Shown here: positions 14,401 to 29,400 of the stretch, piece after piece
Layout of the letters: the number at the start of each line of letters is the position of its first letter
Position numbering within the stretch: position 1 is the stretch's first letter
Source of the DNA: Phoronis australis
Taxonomy: Eukaryota; Animalia; Phoronida
Assembly (NCBI GenBank): GCA_002633005.1
Contig: NMRA01000279.1
Span: 464,422-528,421 of the forward strand
Reading direction: 5' to 3'
DNA: 64,000 nt
Made by a program: the position numbers and the translations under genes
The notes under the pieces: model-generated
Seen by the model: the letters and a program-made list of their open reading frames with translations, nothing else
The model's database searches: none
What the model was told of the DNA's origin: nothing

Positions 14401-17400
14401 AACCGCGTAGGCAACTGATAACCTGTAGTAGGATTGCTAGGGAGATATAAACCGACACCACCGACCACGTCAAATAACGGTGTCATTGATGTAACACATT
14501 GTGAGGGTCTAGTTCTTTAAGGGGAAGCCACAGAGTACCAAGAATGGCATTGATCCCCGGAATAAATATGGGTCTCGTCAGGCTTACGCCACATAGCTGA
14601 GGATGACTATAGAGCTGGGCAACAGGGGTGCCGTTAACAACTTACACGCCACCTTCAAGTCTTATAGTTGTGAACGTTGAAAAGAAATTTTATGAGTTTG
14701 GATGTAACGCGCAAAACAATAAGTCAACAGCATCTCAATAGCATGTCAAGAGTATTTGCCTGAGCTGTGCTTTAACAATAGACCATGAATAGAAGCGAAC
14801 GCGTCACCAAACATCCAGTAATATTGCAGAATACATCTTCGTGCATGATCTAGATTTTGCCCAAAATTATTTAAACTATTGAGTAGAGCACAGATGGAGT
14901 AAACAACATTAACTTACGCGCAGTTTCGGTTGTTACTTGTGTAGATGATTGCGGAGACGATGGCGGTTCTTGAGTAGGTGGGGGTTGTTCCGATGTAGCG
15001 GTCTCCTGAGTCGTCACCGGTTGTTCAGATGTAGCGGTCTCCTGAGTCGTTGCCGGTTGTTCAAATGTAGTGGTATCTTGAGTTGTTGCCAGTTGTTCAG
15101 ACGTAACGGTCTCTTGAGTCGTTACCAGTTGTTTAGACGTAACATTCTCTTGAGTCGTTGCCGGTTGTCCAGACGTAACGGTCTTTTGAGTCGTTGCCAG
15201 TTGTTCAGACGTAACGGTCACTTGAGTCGTCACCGGTTGTTCAGACGTAACATTCTCTTGAGTCGTTGCCGGTTGTCCAGACGTAACGGTCTTTTGAGTC
15301 GTTGCCACCTGTTCAGGCGTAACGGTCTCTTGAGTCGTTACCAGTTGTTCAGACGTAACGGTCACTTGAGTCGTCACCGGTTGTCCAGACGTAACGGTCT
15401 CTTGAGTCGTTGTCAGCTGTTCAGACGTAGAGGTCTCTTGAGTAGTTACCAGTTGTTCAGACGTAACGGTCTCTTGAGTCGTTACCAGTTGCTTAGACGT
15501 AACAGTCTCTTGAGTCGTTGCCGGTTGTTCAGACGTAACGGTCTCTTGAGTCGTTACCAGTTGTTCAGACGTAACGGTCACTTGAGTCGTCACCGGTTGT
15601 TCAGACGTAACATTCTCTTGAGTCGTTGCCGGTTGTCCAGACGTAACGGTCTTTTGAGTCGTTGCCACCTGTTCAGGCGTAACGGTCTCTTGAGTCGTTA
15701 CCAGTTGTTCAGACGTAACGGTCACTTGAGTCGTCACCGGTTGTCCAGACGTAACGGTCTCTTGAGTCGTTGTCAGCTGTTCAGACGTAGCGGTCTCTTG
15801 AGTCGTTGCTAGTTGTTCAGATGTAACGGTCTCTTGAGTCGTTGCCAGTTGTTCAGCTGTAGCAGTCAGCTGAGTTGTTGCCGGTTGTTCAGATGTAGCG
15901 GTATCGTGAGTTGTTGCCGGTTTTTCAGACGTAACGGTCTCCACAGTTGTTGCCAGTTGTTCAGACGTAGCGGAATCCAGAGTCGTTGCCAGTTGTTCAG
16001 ACGTAACGGTCTCCTGAGTGGTTGCTGGCTGTTCAGATGTAGCGGTCTCTTGAGTCGTTGCCGGTTGTTCAGATGTAACATTCGGTTGAACAGTTGCCGG
16101 TTGTTCAGATGCATTTGGTTGTTGGGATGTAGCGAGATAATCAATTGTACAGTTTACACCGTCGCCTTGGTAACCAACATTGCAAGTGCACGAGAAGCCA
16201 CCTTGCTTGTTCTCACATGATGCGTTTGTGTGACAATTGTCAGCGTTTATAGCGCATTCGTCAACATCAGTACAATTTACACCGTCTCCACTGAAGCCTA
16301 CGTTGCATGAACACAAAAATCCACCACCTGTGTTCATGCACGATGCATTTGCGTGACAGTTGTTCATGCCGTTAGCACATTCGTCAACATCAGTACAATT
16401 TACGCCATCTCCACTGAAACCACCGCTGCATTTACACGAAAATCCACCATCGGTATTCGTGCAAGTTGCATTTGCGTGACAATTGTTAATGCCGTTAGCA
16501 CATTCGTCAACATCAGTACAATTTACCCCGTCGCCACTGAAACCACCGCTGCAAGTACACGAAAATCCACCATCGGCATTAACGCAAGTCGCGTTAGCGT
16601 GACAGTTGTCGATGCCGTTGGCACATTCGTCGACATCAGTACAATTTACGCCATCTCCACTGAAACCACCGCTGCATGTACACGAAAATCCACCATCGGT
16701 ATTTGCGCAAGTGGCGTTAGCGTGACAATTGTCAGTGTCGTCAGCACATTCGTCAACATCAGTACAATTTACGCCATCTCCACTGAAACCGCCGCTGCAT
16801 GTACATGAAAATCCGCCAGCGGTATTCGTGCAAGTGGCATTTGCGTGACAGTTGTCGGCACCAGTATCACATTCATCAATATCAGTACAGTTGATACCAT
16901 CTCCTTTGAAGCCGCCATTACATGTGCACGAAAAGCTCCCATCGGTATTCTTACACGTGCTGTTCGCGTGACAGTTGTGGCTGCCGTTATCGCACTCGTC
17001 AATGTCATTGCAGGTAGTTCCGTCGCCGGCGTAACCATCTTTACAAGCGCATGAGAAGAGAACAGGCAAATCCGTGCATATGGCGTTCGAACTGCAGTTG
17101 TCAATTTTAAATGAGCATTCCTGTAATATTAGACAAAGTTTTACTAAAGAAGTTTGTGTTGTTTTGTTTTTGGCGAAAATTATGAAACACATTAGATTTC
17201 TTGTCGACCTTCTATTAGTATTTTTGTCCTTGGGCGCCTTTCTCAGCGCCAGCAGTGGGATCGCCATTGCTGATACATGAAATTATATACTGTTCATTTC
17301 ATAGAAAGTATCACCGTAACTAAACATCACACAAGACCATAGAAATTTATTTGAGATCTGTGCGACTTCATTTAGAATTTCTTTCTTGTCTAGATCTCTC

Positions 17401-20400
17401 ATCGGCCGAAATAAGGATTATAATATGGCGTTTCGCAAAGTTGGAACAAGCGAGTCGAGTTGTGAAATTTGCCACGAGCCTTCATAATGCACAATTCCCA
17501 GTGGGACTTCAGTATGGATGTGACGAGGTCAGTTTTTGTTGACTATAGTGACTAGTTTGATGTAAGTGAAAACTTTGTTGATTTCATAACAAATCAACAG
17601 ACAAATATCCGAGCCTTGTTGGCATTGAGAGAAGTTGTACACTTGTTGTGCCTCTTAAAGATGCATAGTCTCATTAAATTGTGAATATGCAAACGAAGTA
17701 CTAATTTATAAACAACCCCAGGTCTTCCAGTGTGCTGGAAACCATCCGTGAACCAGTTACTGTTACAATCTCGCGAACGTCTCGTTTTGCCAGACTATTA
17801 GTATGGTAAAATTTCACAATAGCCCTAATGAAATGAGGCACACTTTTTAATATTTGTTTATTTCACTATCAAATAACGATTGGGTAATATTTGGAATTAC
17901 TAGGTTTCTTATATTTTTTCACTTGTTATGTTGGTGGTGCTTTCTTTAAAACTGCAATTTATTTACAAATTGTTTCTTTCTGATAAAATTTGTACACAGT
18001 TCTCCAGAAAATCACTAGGTGGCGCTTGCCACAAGTTTAAGTAATTCACAGTTTTAATGAGACGTAGCATTTTTAAGGCAAAGCAAAAAAAAGTGGAAGA
18101 TCAACCCAAAGAACAAATACTTCGTGAAGAGGATAATACTGACAATGTCTGCCCTGGTAAATCAGAATTTACTTACATCAATCCCAAAACAATCATTGAC
18201 ACCGTCACCAGAAAGCCCAGCATTGCATTGGCACTTGAAACTTCCTTCAGTGTTCGCGCACGTAGCATTTGCGTGACATGGGGAGCTTGTTTCACATTCG
18301 TTGACGTCCGAGCAGTTAAAACCGTTTCCTTGATATCCTTGATTGCACGTGCAGTTGAAGTTACCCGGGGTGTTGGTACACTCAGCGTTCAAGTCGCACG
18401 TGTCGTCACCGCTTGCGCACTCGTTCAGATCTAAATACATGTTTATCAAGTGGTCTTTAATAAGAGCAAGATAATGACGTGTTCCCAAAGTGTGCAGGGG
18501 CGGATCCAGGATTTTTAGTTAGGGAGGCCAAGGCACCCTTGCCCCCTCTAAATCCGCCACTAGTATGCATCGCATACAGAAATGATGCAATTAATGACGG
18601 CATTAGTTTAAATACTCCCCTACAGGAGGAAGCAATGCAAGTAGTCTTAAACTAGTCTCTTGAGGGCTCAAATCAAGCCCAAAGACTGGCCGAGGAAACC
18701 GTCCCAATAATGAAAAATGTATCTGCTGAACTCCACGAACATCGGTAAAAATCATGGTTACCACTACAGGGAGGCGGGAGTGGCGTCTCTTTTGTAATAC
18801 AAAGCCCAACGCTACATATTAGAAATTCACTCAAAGGTTTGACAGAGACAGGTGGACACAAAAAAGCTGAAATTACCAATAGGAGACACAGCATTATGCA
18901 AATTTGTTCAAATATCTACATTGGCGAAACATTGCACACTAGCGATAAAGAGGCGGAGCAAGGAGACACATCATTCACGTGACATGTCCTACATTAAACA
19001 AATGCGGTATAATCTTTGCTGTAAAAATGAACATATTTGCCAAATGTTATGAACATCCAGCAGAGAACCCGGCAGATAGTGAAGTAGATGCTAAGACAAT
19101 TTACAACAGTGCTACAAGAGGACACTGCTATAGTCAGACCATACGAAATCAACGCCCGCCGCACCTCTCCCCCAACACGTATACGTCATTTACGAAACTT
19201 TATGAAGACCTGTCAAGGATTTTGGAATGACACTGGCAAAACTGGCAAAGCAGGAATGCAACGACAAGACGTGGGTGACTCGTTATAGCTACTAATTTAT
19301 TTACAAATGTCTCCAGTCGTGTCTAGTATGACTTACCTACGCACGTGCCATTTCCTCTGCTAAATCCGACTTTACACAAACAGGAGTAAGAACCATTCGT
19401 GTTCACGCAGTACTCGTCTTGTTTACAGACGCTGGGCGTATTTTGGCATTCGTCTATGTCATCATTGCACCCCTCTCCCGTCCATCCAGTCACGCAATTA
19501 GTACAACCAATGGTGGCGTTACATGTTAGAGCTCTTGTGCCGCATTCACAGGTGTTGTTGCAATTGGGACCCCAGTGAATTGCATCGCAGGCTGTCGAAA
19601 TGTAATACAACATGTATTAACTGGAGCGCAACACGGCAAGCAAGTCACTTGCTTTGACAAGTCCTGGATTATAGAACGGAAGCAATGGATTTTTACATAT
19701 TATTCAAATCTCTACGGTCGCTGAAAGATAACCTCAATGCCGCCATTTTGCAAGTCTGCTCTGGAGAGGCGGCAAGCTTTCTCGCGAAACACGTCATTTT
19801 CCAGCAGCACTGATATGCTTGAAGATAAAATATAGCACATCAAGGGAACATGCAAAAGAAATAAAATCTATACGTATATAACGGACACTAACAGCGTTCA
19901 ATAAAAATGTCAAGTGACATAATCGGCGACAATAAATCACGAAGAAAATTTGGAAAGTTTTGTAAAATTTCACGAATTTGCACTTCAGCAGTTGTTCGAA
20001 GATTTTTCATCAAAACTTGGATTTTTTAATACACATTAGTCTTGCTTCCATTTTCACAAAAATGTGCGGAGCCTATGTATGACCTTCGACTTCCATGGGC
20101 ACCGTCTTACACGCGAGCTCACGTGATTTCTAAATGTTTAAGCATGAAATCCAGCAGTTCAGTACCATACTTCCGAAAAACTGCACAGCTTAGCTCTCAT
20201 AACTTTTTGCTTTAGTATAGAGGAATATTTCAAGGCGGGTTTTGTATAATGCCGCCGATCATTCGAAAATCTGAGAGAAACAGAGGGATTGAATCAGTCA
20301 AGTTCAAATAGCTTACCCATTTTGGGTGTTTATCGGTCGTAAAACTGACTGTGTCCTTTTAAAGACAACTACCGATAGTGCATGGTAATCTGCTATACTG

Positions 20401-23400
20401 AAAACGACGTTTCAGGTTTCAACTAGAGAGTTTGGAAAAATCTTGTGACGTAATTCAATAATCTTTCCTGACACTGGAACTGTAGAGAGCAATGCTTCAG
20501 AAATTGGGACCCACCTAAAATTCGTAAATATTATTTTCTTTATAAGAACCTAGCTTGACTCTCATCAATCGAAAGATACAACTGATACTTCAAGCACTTG
20601 AAACATGGTAGCATCCAATGTGCTACTTTTTACCATCACTGAGTTTTTCTTCAATGCATTCATCCGAGGTAGACAAGGATACATATACCCAAAGGAAATT
20701 GAAAAAGGTAGGAATTTCTATACCAAACTCAGTTATGTTTAAAAAGACTTGAAATGTAGACGACATTTGAAAGGAAAGCAGTAAAGATTTTTTAGCAAAT
20801 CACATCGTGTCAAAATTGGTTTGGATAGCTTTTTGAAGGGACACTAAACCAAGCGCTGATTTCATCCAAAACTGAGTCTGTCACATGATTTTACAAATTA
20901 GAATCTCTTCTTTGTGATAAATTTGTATTATTCAGCTAAAACCATCCTCAAGTTGGGTCCTTTCGTTAGATGTCTATCTCTACAGATATTGGTGAAATCT
21001 TGCCACTGACTAAAATGGTTTTTATTATCCTTTTACGTATAAGCAAGCGAGAAAGTAGTAAAATGACGAATAACATCAACATAAACACCAACGACGACGA
21101 AGACGACAACAAAAACAGCATTAAAATTTTCGTTTGAGAAACTACTCACGTGTACATGAACGTTCATCAGAGGCCAGAGAGTAGCCATCATCACAGCCAC
21201 ACTTGTATCCGCCGTCTGTATTTTTACAGTGGTGAGGTTGAGCACAAAAGGCTCCAGCATTAGAACACTCGTTGACATCTACGAGACAAGCAAGAATAAA
21301 ATGAAGATGAAGAATAAGGAATTCAAACAGATTGCTTTTTGTACGTCCAAGCTCATAGAATTTTCTTACAAGCGTTTAACCACCACGCTCCCGCATTCAC
21401 TTAGAGTATGCTACACTGTCTCTCTGTTCATTTTCCTCAGAATCCAACACACGAGCCTTTAATACTCCCCAAACATCCTGAGAGGTTTGTTGCATTTAGT
21501 ATCATTAAACAGCACATTTTAAAGTCTTGGTTTTGTTGACTTGTTCAGTCAGCAATATGACGGAATTAAAGTATTGGTACATCAGGTTACACACGGCACG
21601 TTTCAAACAAGTATTTGGTGACCTATTACTTAAAGACGCTATGTCCCATTAAAACCGTGAATATTAAAATTTGTAGCAAGCGCCACCTTGTGACTTCCTG
21701 GAGAACTGTGTGTACAATTATAATCATGAAAAGAAAAAAATGCAAGTAAAATGCGATTTTAAAGAAAGTTCTACAACTGATACACTTGAAAACACGTTTG
21801 AGCAAATAGAAAACCCTAGCAATATTAAGTAGTACGCCATCGCTGTTTGATAGTGAAATGAACAAATAATAAAAACAGTGCCTTGTTTCATTAGAGTAAC
21901 AATGCCATACTCATTTACATAAAAATAGTCTTGCAAAACGAGACTTTCCTGAGATTGTAATGTCAATTGTTTTTTTATGCATTCGGGCACACCGGAAGAT
22001 CCGGGGTTGTTTGTAAAATAGTACTTCATTCGCAAATTCACAATTTAATGAGACATAGCGTCTTTAAAGCCAAAATCTATTATGTGAAATAAATTAAGAT
22101 CATTATATACCAAGGAACAATACCTTAATGCGCTTCAACAACCACAATGAAAACTTACCAGAGCAATTCACTGAGTTTGTCAGGTTATAACCCGCGGGAC
22201 ACCCGCAAGCATAATACCTGGATGTTGCGTTGAACTTGCAGAAGTGGGAACATGTGAGGTTGTTGGCTTCGCACAAATTTGTCGCTGGAAGTGTATAATT
22301 TTCCATAAAACACTGTTTAATATTACATGTACCTTGCTTAATGTCTATTTCAAACTGATTGTAATGAACAACAGAGTAAGGCAACAATAAAACCCCTTAC
22401 CTATGAGACAACAATGAAGAACACAGTGAGATTTACTATGCCCCCAGTCCATAATAGGATGCGCAAAAAATCAGAAATTTTAGACAAGATAAATTTATTA
22501 CATACATCAGAAGTTGCAAGGCTCACAATTCGTAATTTCCAAAGTACATAGCGGAATTTAACTTACTGTTTTGTAAAGAGCACGTGGTATTATCACTGCC
22601 AAGATCGTATCCAGGGTAACAATCGCACCGGTAGGAACCTGCACTGTTGACGCATATCTGACTACATATGTCGCCTCGCTGGCATTCATCGACGTCTGAA
22701 AATCAAGACACAATTTCCAGTTGATATAACGACAACAACAGTTGAAATGTTAGAGCAGGGGCATTTCTAATGTTTGCAAATCCATGATAGTAAAAACTGT
22801 ATTTCCGTGACGAAATAACGAATTGAAACATACAGGTACTTACGTAGCATTGAAAAAATAATGACAGAAAAAATCCATTGCATATTAATGATATCATAAG
22901 TCTTGAAATTATCATATCTGATCCTGTTATTTCCAAATTGTACCGGAGTTGGACCTCCAGTCGAGTCCCGCAGTTGGCTTTTGCCCGCTTCAATCGTTCA
23001 TTTTTCGCCGGTTGAGCATCCCCAAAGCAACTCATATAATGAGCCCAAAATATGCCCTGCACTAAAATACTGAAGTGACGTCTGGTGGTAACTTCGTGCT
23101 TTTAAACCGAAAATGTCTAGTGGTCGAAAATGCCAGCAACACATGCAAATGGAAAATGGGGTCGTAATCTGTACTGCTTGTTGTACTTTGCAGATAATTA
23201 GTTTTAAACCTAAACATTTTTAGTACTTAACGATTCCTCTAACAAATTTATCACCCATAGTGTCACTGACGCCAGGCTGCGTGAAATAAAATGGCTTGGT
23301 GAAATTTCAAAAACGTCCAAGGCTCGCCGGTAATCGGAATACCAAAGCACACTTGTTCAAGGAGACCCACATGCGGCTAAACGCGCAGATTAGGCACCAT

Positions 23401-26400
23401 CGATGATAGGAAATACTGGAGTAGACAAATCCTGGCGCACATAGGCGCATGTGCGTCTTTGAAGGATTCATGGTATAGACACATACCCACCTGTGCAATT
23501 GTACGACCCATTAAGTGTGTAACCACTCTTACACGCGCACTCATATCCTTGCCCGTTGTCTTTATTCAAACACGTCTGTTCGCATTGGTTTAGAGTGCTG
23601 TTATCACATTCGTTCAAATCTGCAAAAAATAATTTAACCCGGGGTAGAACAAAGCAAAAGACTTCAATTGAATACGTTGAAGTCGTTCTTTCAACCCCAT
23701 GGAATTGTTACAGATGCCACACGCTGCCAGAACAACCATTGTTCAGGCCCACCATACTGAGAAATTTACTTCTATTGATGAGACAAGGGGCCTCAGTGTT
23801 CGCAAGAAAATTGTCATCGGTAGCTCTTATATAATCAACAACATTTGCATACTTCAAACATATTATCACACTGGTAAGACCCACATATACTGTTTTACGT
23901 ATTTCCAATGTGGAATATACTATAACAGAAAATTACCAATATTTGTGATTTAAATTCAGCAGTAATTCTGACCTGCAAGTGACGTGGCAAAGGGCTCAAA
24001 ATTGTGACATACATTCGGTGACACTCACCAACGGGCATATTTGATTATTCGCCCGAAGAACGCTTGTCAATTTTATCAGGGATCGCTGGTGTGATTACCT
24101 CGTCGGGTGATCTCGGGCGATTTCGACGATTACTCACTGGCATAAGCTCCCTCCCGTGGAAAGGCAAAAATTTCCACAGCGTGATTGAAAGTCTTGTTAT
24201 TGCACCCACCACAAACACAGCGCCTCACAACAGCGAAACGTTTGTTAAAATAACGCAAAAACGTGGAGAAAAGGCAACACAATGAAGAAACAAAGAGCAC
24301 GCAGTTTGCTGCTACGTCATACAAGATNATCACACTGGTAAGACCCACATATACTGTTTTACGTATTTCCAATGTGGAATATACTATAACAGAAAATTAC
24401 CGATATTTGTGATTAAAATTCAGCAGTAATTCTGACCTGCAAGTGACGTGGCAAAGGGCTCAACATTCGGTGACACTCACCAACGGGCATATTTGATTAT
24501 TAGCCCGAAGAACGCTTGTCAATTTTATCAGGGATCGCTGGTGCGATTACCTGGTCGGGTGATCTCGGGCGATTTCGACGATTACTCACTGGCATAAGCT
24601 CCCTCCCGTGGAAAGGCAAAAATTTCCACAGCGTGATTGAAAGTCTTGTTATTGCACCCACCACAAACACAGCGCCTCACAACAGCGAAACGTTTGTTAA
24701 AATAACGCAAAAACGTGGAGAAAAGGCAACACAATGAAGAAACAAAGAGCACGCAGTTTGCTGCTACGTCATACAAGATACCCAATAACAAGCCAGTGGC
24801 TAATGAGATCATGAGCATCATCTTACAGAATTTCACTAAGCTGTAAAACGACATACGACGACGATTTTTTGTTTTGGGAGCGTGGCTATGGGAATGAAAA
24901 GTATTGAACCCACAGGACATTAAACTTCACTGGCAAATCTTAGGATGCAGTAAGGGGGAACCATGTTTTTCGCGGGATAAATGTCATTGGAATCTTTTAA
25001 AACGTCATGCATTGTGAAAGGCTGTTAACTGAAAGTTCAACAGCGTCTTCGTATAACCATTTAAAAATGGTAGCACTGATTATCCAGATTAGAAGAGCAC
25101 TTAAGGCTCGCTTGATCTACGTTTTAGCAGTCTAGGTCCGTATTCTTTCCCATCTGAGCCTATTAAAGTTGAACGCTTGCGAGATTCAACCTCCATCTTC
25201 ACCAAAATCTAACTCCCAGAAAAAAAGTATTCGCCAGAAGAGGGCGCAACCAGCTTCCACCTAAACTGAACTCACCCACGCATTCTCCTTCAGCCTTTTC
25301 GAATCCACTAGGACACGCTCCACACTCAAAAGTTTTATTGAGCGCTTGTTCTTCGGCAGGCGTCATGTCCGTGCAGTTGGTTCCAGACTCTTCACAGGGC
25401 GAGTCAGCGCAGCCGTCTATATTTGTACTGCAGTTGTCGCCTGGTAAATGCAGGGTATCGTATAAAACTAAGACCTCACTTTACTGCATTTAAACAATAA
25501 TGCTTATTGCATATCATGTGTACCGTGTGCATATTTATAACTGTCCTTGTGCACCTGTGTTCATGGGCGGCGCAGCACCGAAATAAAGTGTTGGGGCTAT
25601 AGACCGCCAGACCCCTTACAGTGCGCCGCCCATGGTACCGCCCAGACGAACATTACGAAGCATCCGTTCGACATTCAAATATTAAGCATTGTGACAGCAT
25701 AAAAGTACCTTTCGCTAGGATGCCGTAAGAAAACGAAGCAATTACTTTCATCTACGGACATTGTGTGGCGTTGCATTTACGTGAGTTGCTAATCTGTTGG
25801 TGGCGCTGGACATTTGTACAAACTATATGTTTAGTTGTTCATCGCCAGTAGCGACGGAACTTAATCTAAATTTAAGAACAAGGCATATTACCTTCCCATC
25901 CAGTTGAACACAGGCACGTGGTTAAGATGACGGACTGACTGCTGGACACATGCAACTGGTCTTTTGGTTTGAAATCCGCGGTAGCATTATTTTGGCAAGA
26001 TGGCGATAGACTCACTGCTATTGTATAAGTATTGGAAGTCCGGTTTGTGCTATCTCTGGCGACGAAACTATAAATGCAGAACAAAAACTGTGTACACTAT
26101 GGCGTTAGATTTATTGAGGTACATAACATGAATAAGCAACAGACAGTTAACAACATGGTATGCGTCTAAGACAAGTTCTGGTCAATCACTCACCTAAATG
26201 CCGAACTTTTCAAAACCGACGGTGTCCATTGGACAGTGACGTTAACTTGCTTGGAGTCCGTCATCGGGCTGAAGTTCAGGTCACTAGGTACACCGATAGC
26301 TTGCAAGGTAATGTTATCCCCATTTGCATCAGAAGCTGATAAGTTAAATGATACTGTCTCGCCAATGGTAGCAGTGAGGTATGACGTTCCCGTAAGAACA

Positions 26401-29400
26401 GGAGGGACTTGGGCTGAAAGTAGTGACGTAAGCAGATATACATGGAATCCGTATCAGGAGATTTCAAATATGCACGTAATTCTAAATTTGGAAGTGGCTT
26501 GATTCAGATATTTTAGACCAACTTGAAAACACAGGACAACAGTTGTCATCCCCTTAGACTATTTAAGTACCAAAATATGAACATAACTTAAGTGTTTTCT
26601 CAAGAAGCAATGAACACAATACATGTATGTAATTGACAAAGAAATTTATCCTACCAGATTCCTGTTCTAGACGTTCATCTTCTTCGGCTGTTTCTTTAGT
26701 CGCTAGCGAAAGACTTTTGTCACCCGTGGCAGCATAATCGAAGAGACATTCCTGGTTGGAGCCACATGCGGCTCTCATTTCCTCAGTTATGTTCAGCTCG
26801 TCAAAGAACAGCGGCACAAAACTAACGTTGTTGAACGATTGAGGAGTTTCTCCAGCCTTGTACAAGAAGGCACCAGCACCGTCGACCATCCCTGTGGGGA
26901 AAGTGAAACATTTACACGGTCGACTCTCATTTCAGTTTTGCGATTGATCACCATATTCATTAAAAAAGTGCCCTCAGGTCGCCACTCACACCCTGGTCGC
27001 CAACATTTTGACGTTACCTCTCATGTGCTGACAACACAATATACATGCACTAGCTACCTGGGCGCTTTGCATTATGGTGTGTACAAAGCTTTGTTTGATT
27101 TTTCGTATCCGACTCTATAACCTACTAAGCGGGTTATTGACAGGCGTTTAGTCCAACTATTGTTTTCGAGATACGTCGTACGTATCACAAGACTTGTCGA
27201 TTGAAACAGACTACCGGTACAGTGTATGTCCGATTTCGTTTCGGGAAAGTGACATATGGCAATTAGAACACCCCTCTACACTTTGATCGTCGTATCCGAG
27301 GCCGATACAAAGTCATATATCAGATGGTGTAGACAGACGTAAAATTGCAAGGCATGTTATGACTGTTACCTACTTCGAGTGATAATTACTTCCCTTGTCG
27401 CTGCTGTCATAAACTCTCGCCTTGCAAGCTGACTATCTCAACGGTTCCTTAGTGTAACATTCTAACAACGGTTTTAGTATTTGCATTCTACCACAAAATA
27501 AACCGGTTGAAACGCCGGGGCCTCAACTACCCACGACTGGACCGCAACAACCTGTTGAGGATGTCTTCTAACTGGTCAGATCTCCCGGCACAATTAAGTA
27601 TACATTTATGAGACTTAGCAATTAGCACTCTTTTATTCACCAGATTTGAAGAAACTTACAAGACTGCCCCATGTAAAACTTCTCTCGTTCTGTCGAGTTG
27701 GGGCTGATGAGTGTTCCATTGCGATAGGCGAAGTCATCGCTGGTATCACTGTTGATATTACCCATTAAGCCACTTGTACGATTGGTGACAGACGGTGGTG
27801 TTGTAACAGAGAAACTCAAGATGCCAGCCAAGGCTTGGACAGTGACGACAAATCCTTAAATTGAAAGAGACAGGATATAGTAAGTAGGCTTATCCACGGG
27901 ATGCGAGCAGCTCGCAAGATTACGAAGGTCTTCGTGATATATCGACACGCATTCCTAGCCACGCGCGTGACAACATTAACTTTTCCTCAACGATTGCCTT
28001 GGGTCTATGGAATACAAGTTCTTTTCATTTCCTCTAAACAGTAACTACACCAAATCCCGCGGTATGAAATTTTGCTTCATACACGATTTAATGCTAAAAG
28101 GACACGATATAAGTGATATCGCCCAAAACTGGCACTATCACCTGAATATAATACAGAATTAGTATGTACTATGATGACGAAATCATTGGGAGGTCAAAGG
28201 TCCTGTATCACGTGACGAGGTGAATCCTGGTGTTGTTTTAATAAATGCTCAAAATATGCAACATTTGAAGTAGCCTCCTGTATTCGAGTCCCCTGCCACA
28301 AGCGCTTTGGTTGAAAATCCAGACCTTACCTTTAGAATACCACACAGTATTCTTAAAGACGCAATCATTGAGGAATAATTTAAAGTAAGAACGATTTAAG
28401 TTTATATTTAGAAAACTCTAGAAATCTCAAATAGATAGTTGCACCTCATCGTTCGCAGTGGTCGAGGTTGACTTCAAATCTTACGCCATGTTTTATTTGA
28501 TCGAAATCGTCTTAGTCTTGCTATCACGTTCCATATGTTTGATTAATTTCATATCATTGACTTATCAGCCATGCCATTTATATTACGTGAATATGTGTAT
28601 TTTAAAGTCAAGGCGAATTTTCAGACATAATCCGTAGGTATTTGTCGCTTCATTCCGACTGACCACACTCTAGAAAATGTTTTGTAATTTTATTTTATTA
28701 TCGTGATGCCTATTTTGTGCGCATATTTTAAACTTTCCATTTTCATAATTCCACAAAAGAGGGCTTAGCACCCTTGGTCTAGCTAGTTCCGCTGTCCGTG
28801 TGTGAACTATAAAATTTCACGCAGTATAAACGATTGGTTGTGTAGTCGATGGCCCTGAAGTCAATATGGTTGACTTAAAATGCAAAAAAGCAGTGATGAC
28901 TAATAGTAAAAGGGACTTTGTTGATTACATAAAGTAATGGTTGAATTCGCAAGAAAGTTGATAAAACGAAACGTGATCATCTTCATTAACATAAGCAGAT
29001 TGTGAATCGGACTCAGCTGGACACGGCTGTTTTGTAACGATGTTCCTTCAGCTTACGTCTTCACCCATACCTGACGAAAACGCTGCTATGGCCGACGTGT
29101 TTGTCCTTGTAACTGATGAACCCTCGAAGTCCCTGTCCTCGAAAAATCCGGACTGTTGTGCATTGTTAACGTATACATCTACACCTGTAATAACACATTT
29201 ATTAGAGTAGCTATACATGTAGGACACATCGTCGATTGCGTGAGCAGTCTATTGCTTCAACCGCCATTACTGCACAGGTATGCCCAATCTGCACCAGTGG
29301 CATTGACGGTACCTCGCAAAACTATCGTATATATCGTAAACAGTTTTATAGGTCCTGAACTCTGCCTCTACCGTGCGGGTCCGCCAACCTGCTACCATGC

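Noticed and set aside
14949-16808. Plus-strand Arg/Leu-rich ORFs (287, 135 and 151 aa)
   Set aside because: Antisense shadows of the mucin and EGF repeats in the large exon.
23865-24779. Tandem 450-bp duplication as a biological event
   Set aside because: The two copies meet exactly at a single N, typical of overlapping contig ends from two haplotypes joined in scaffolding.
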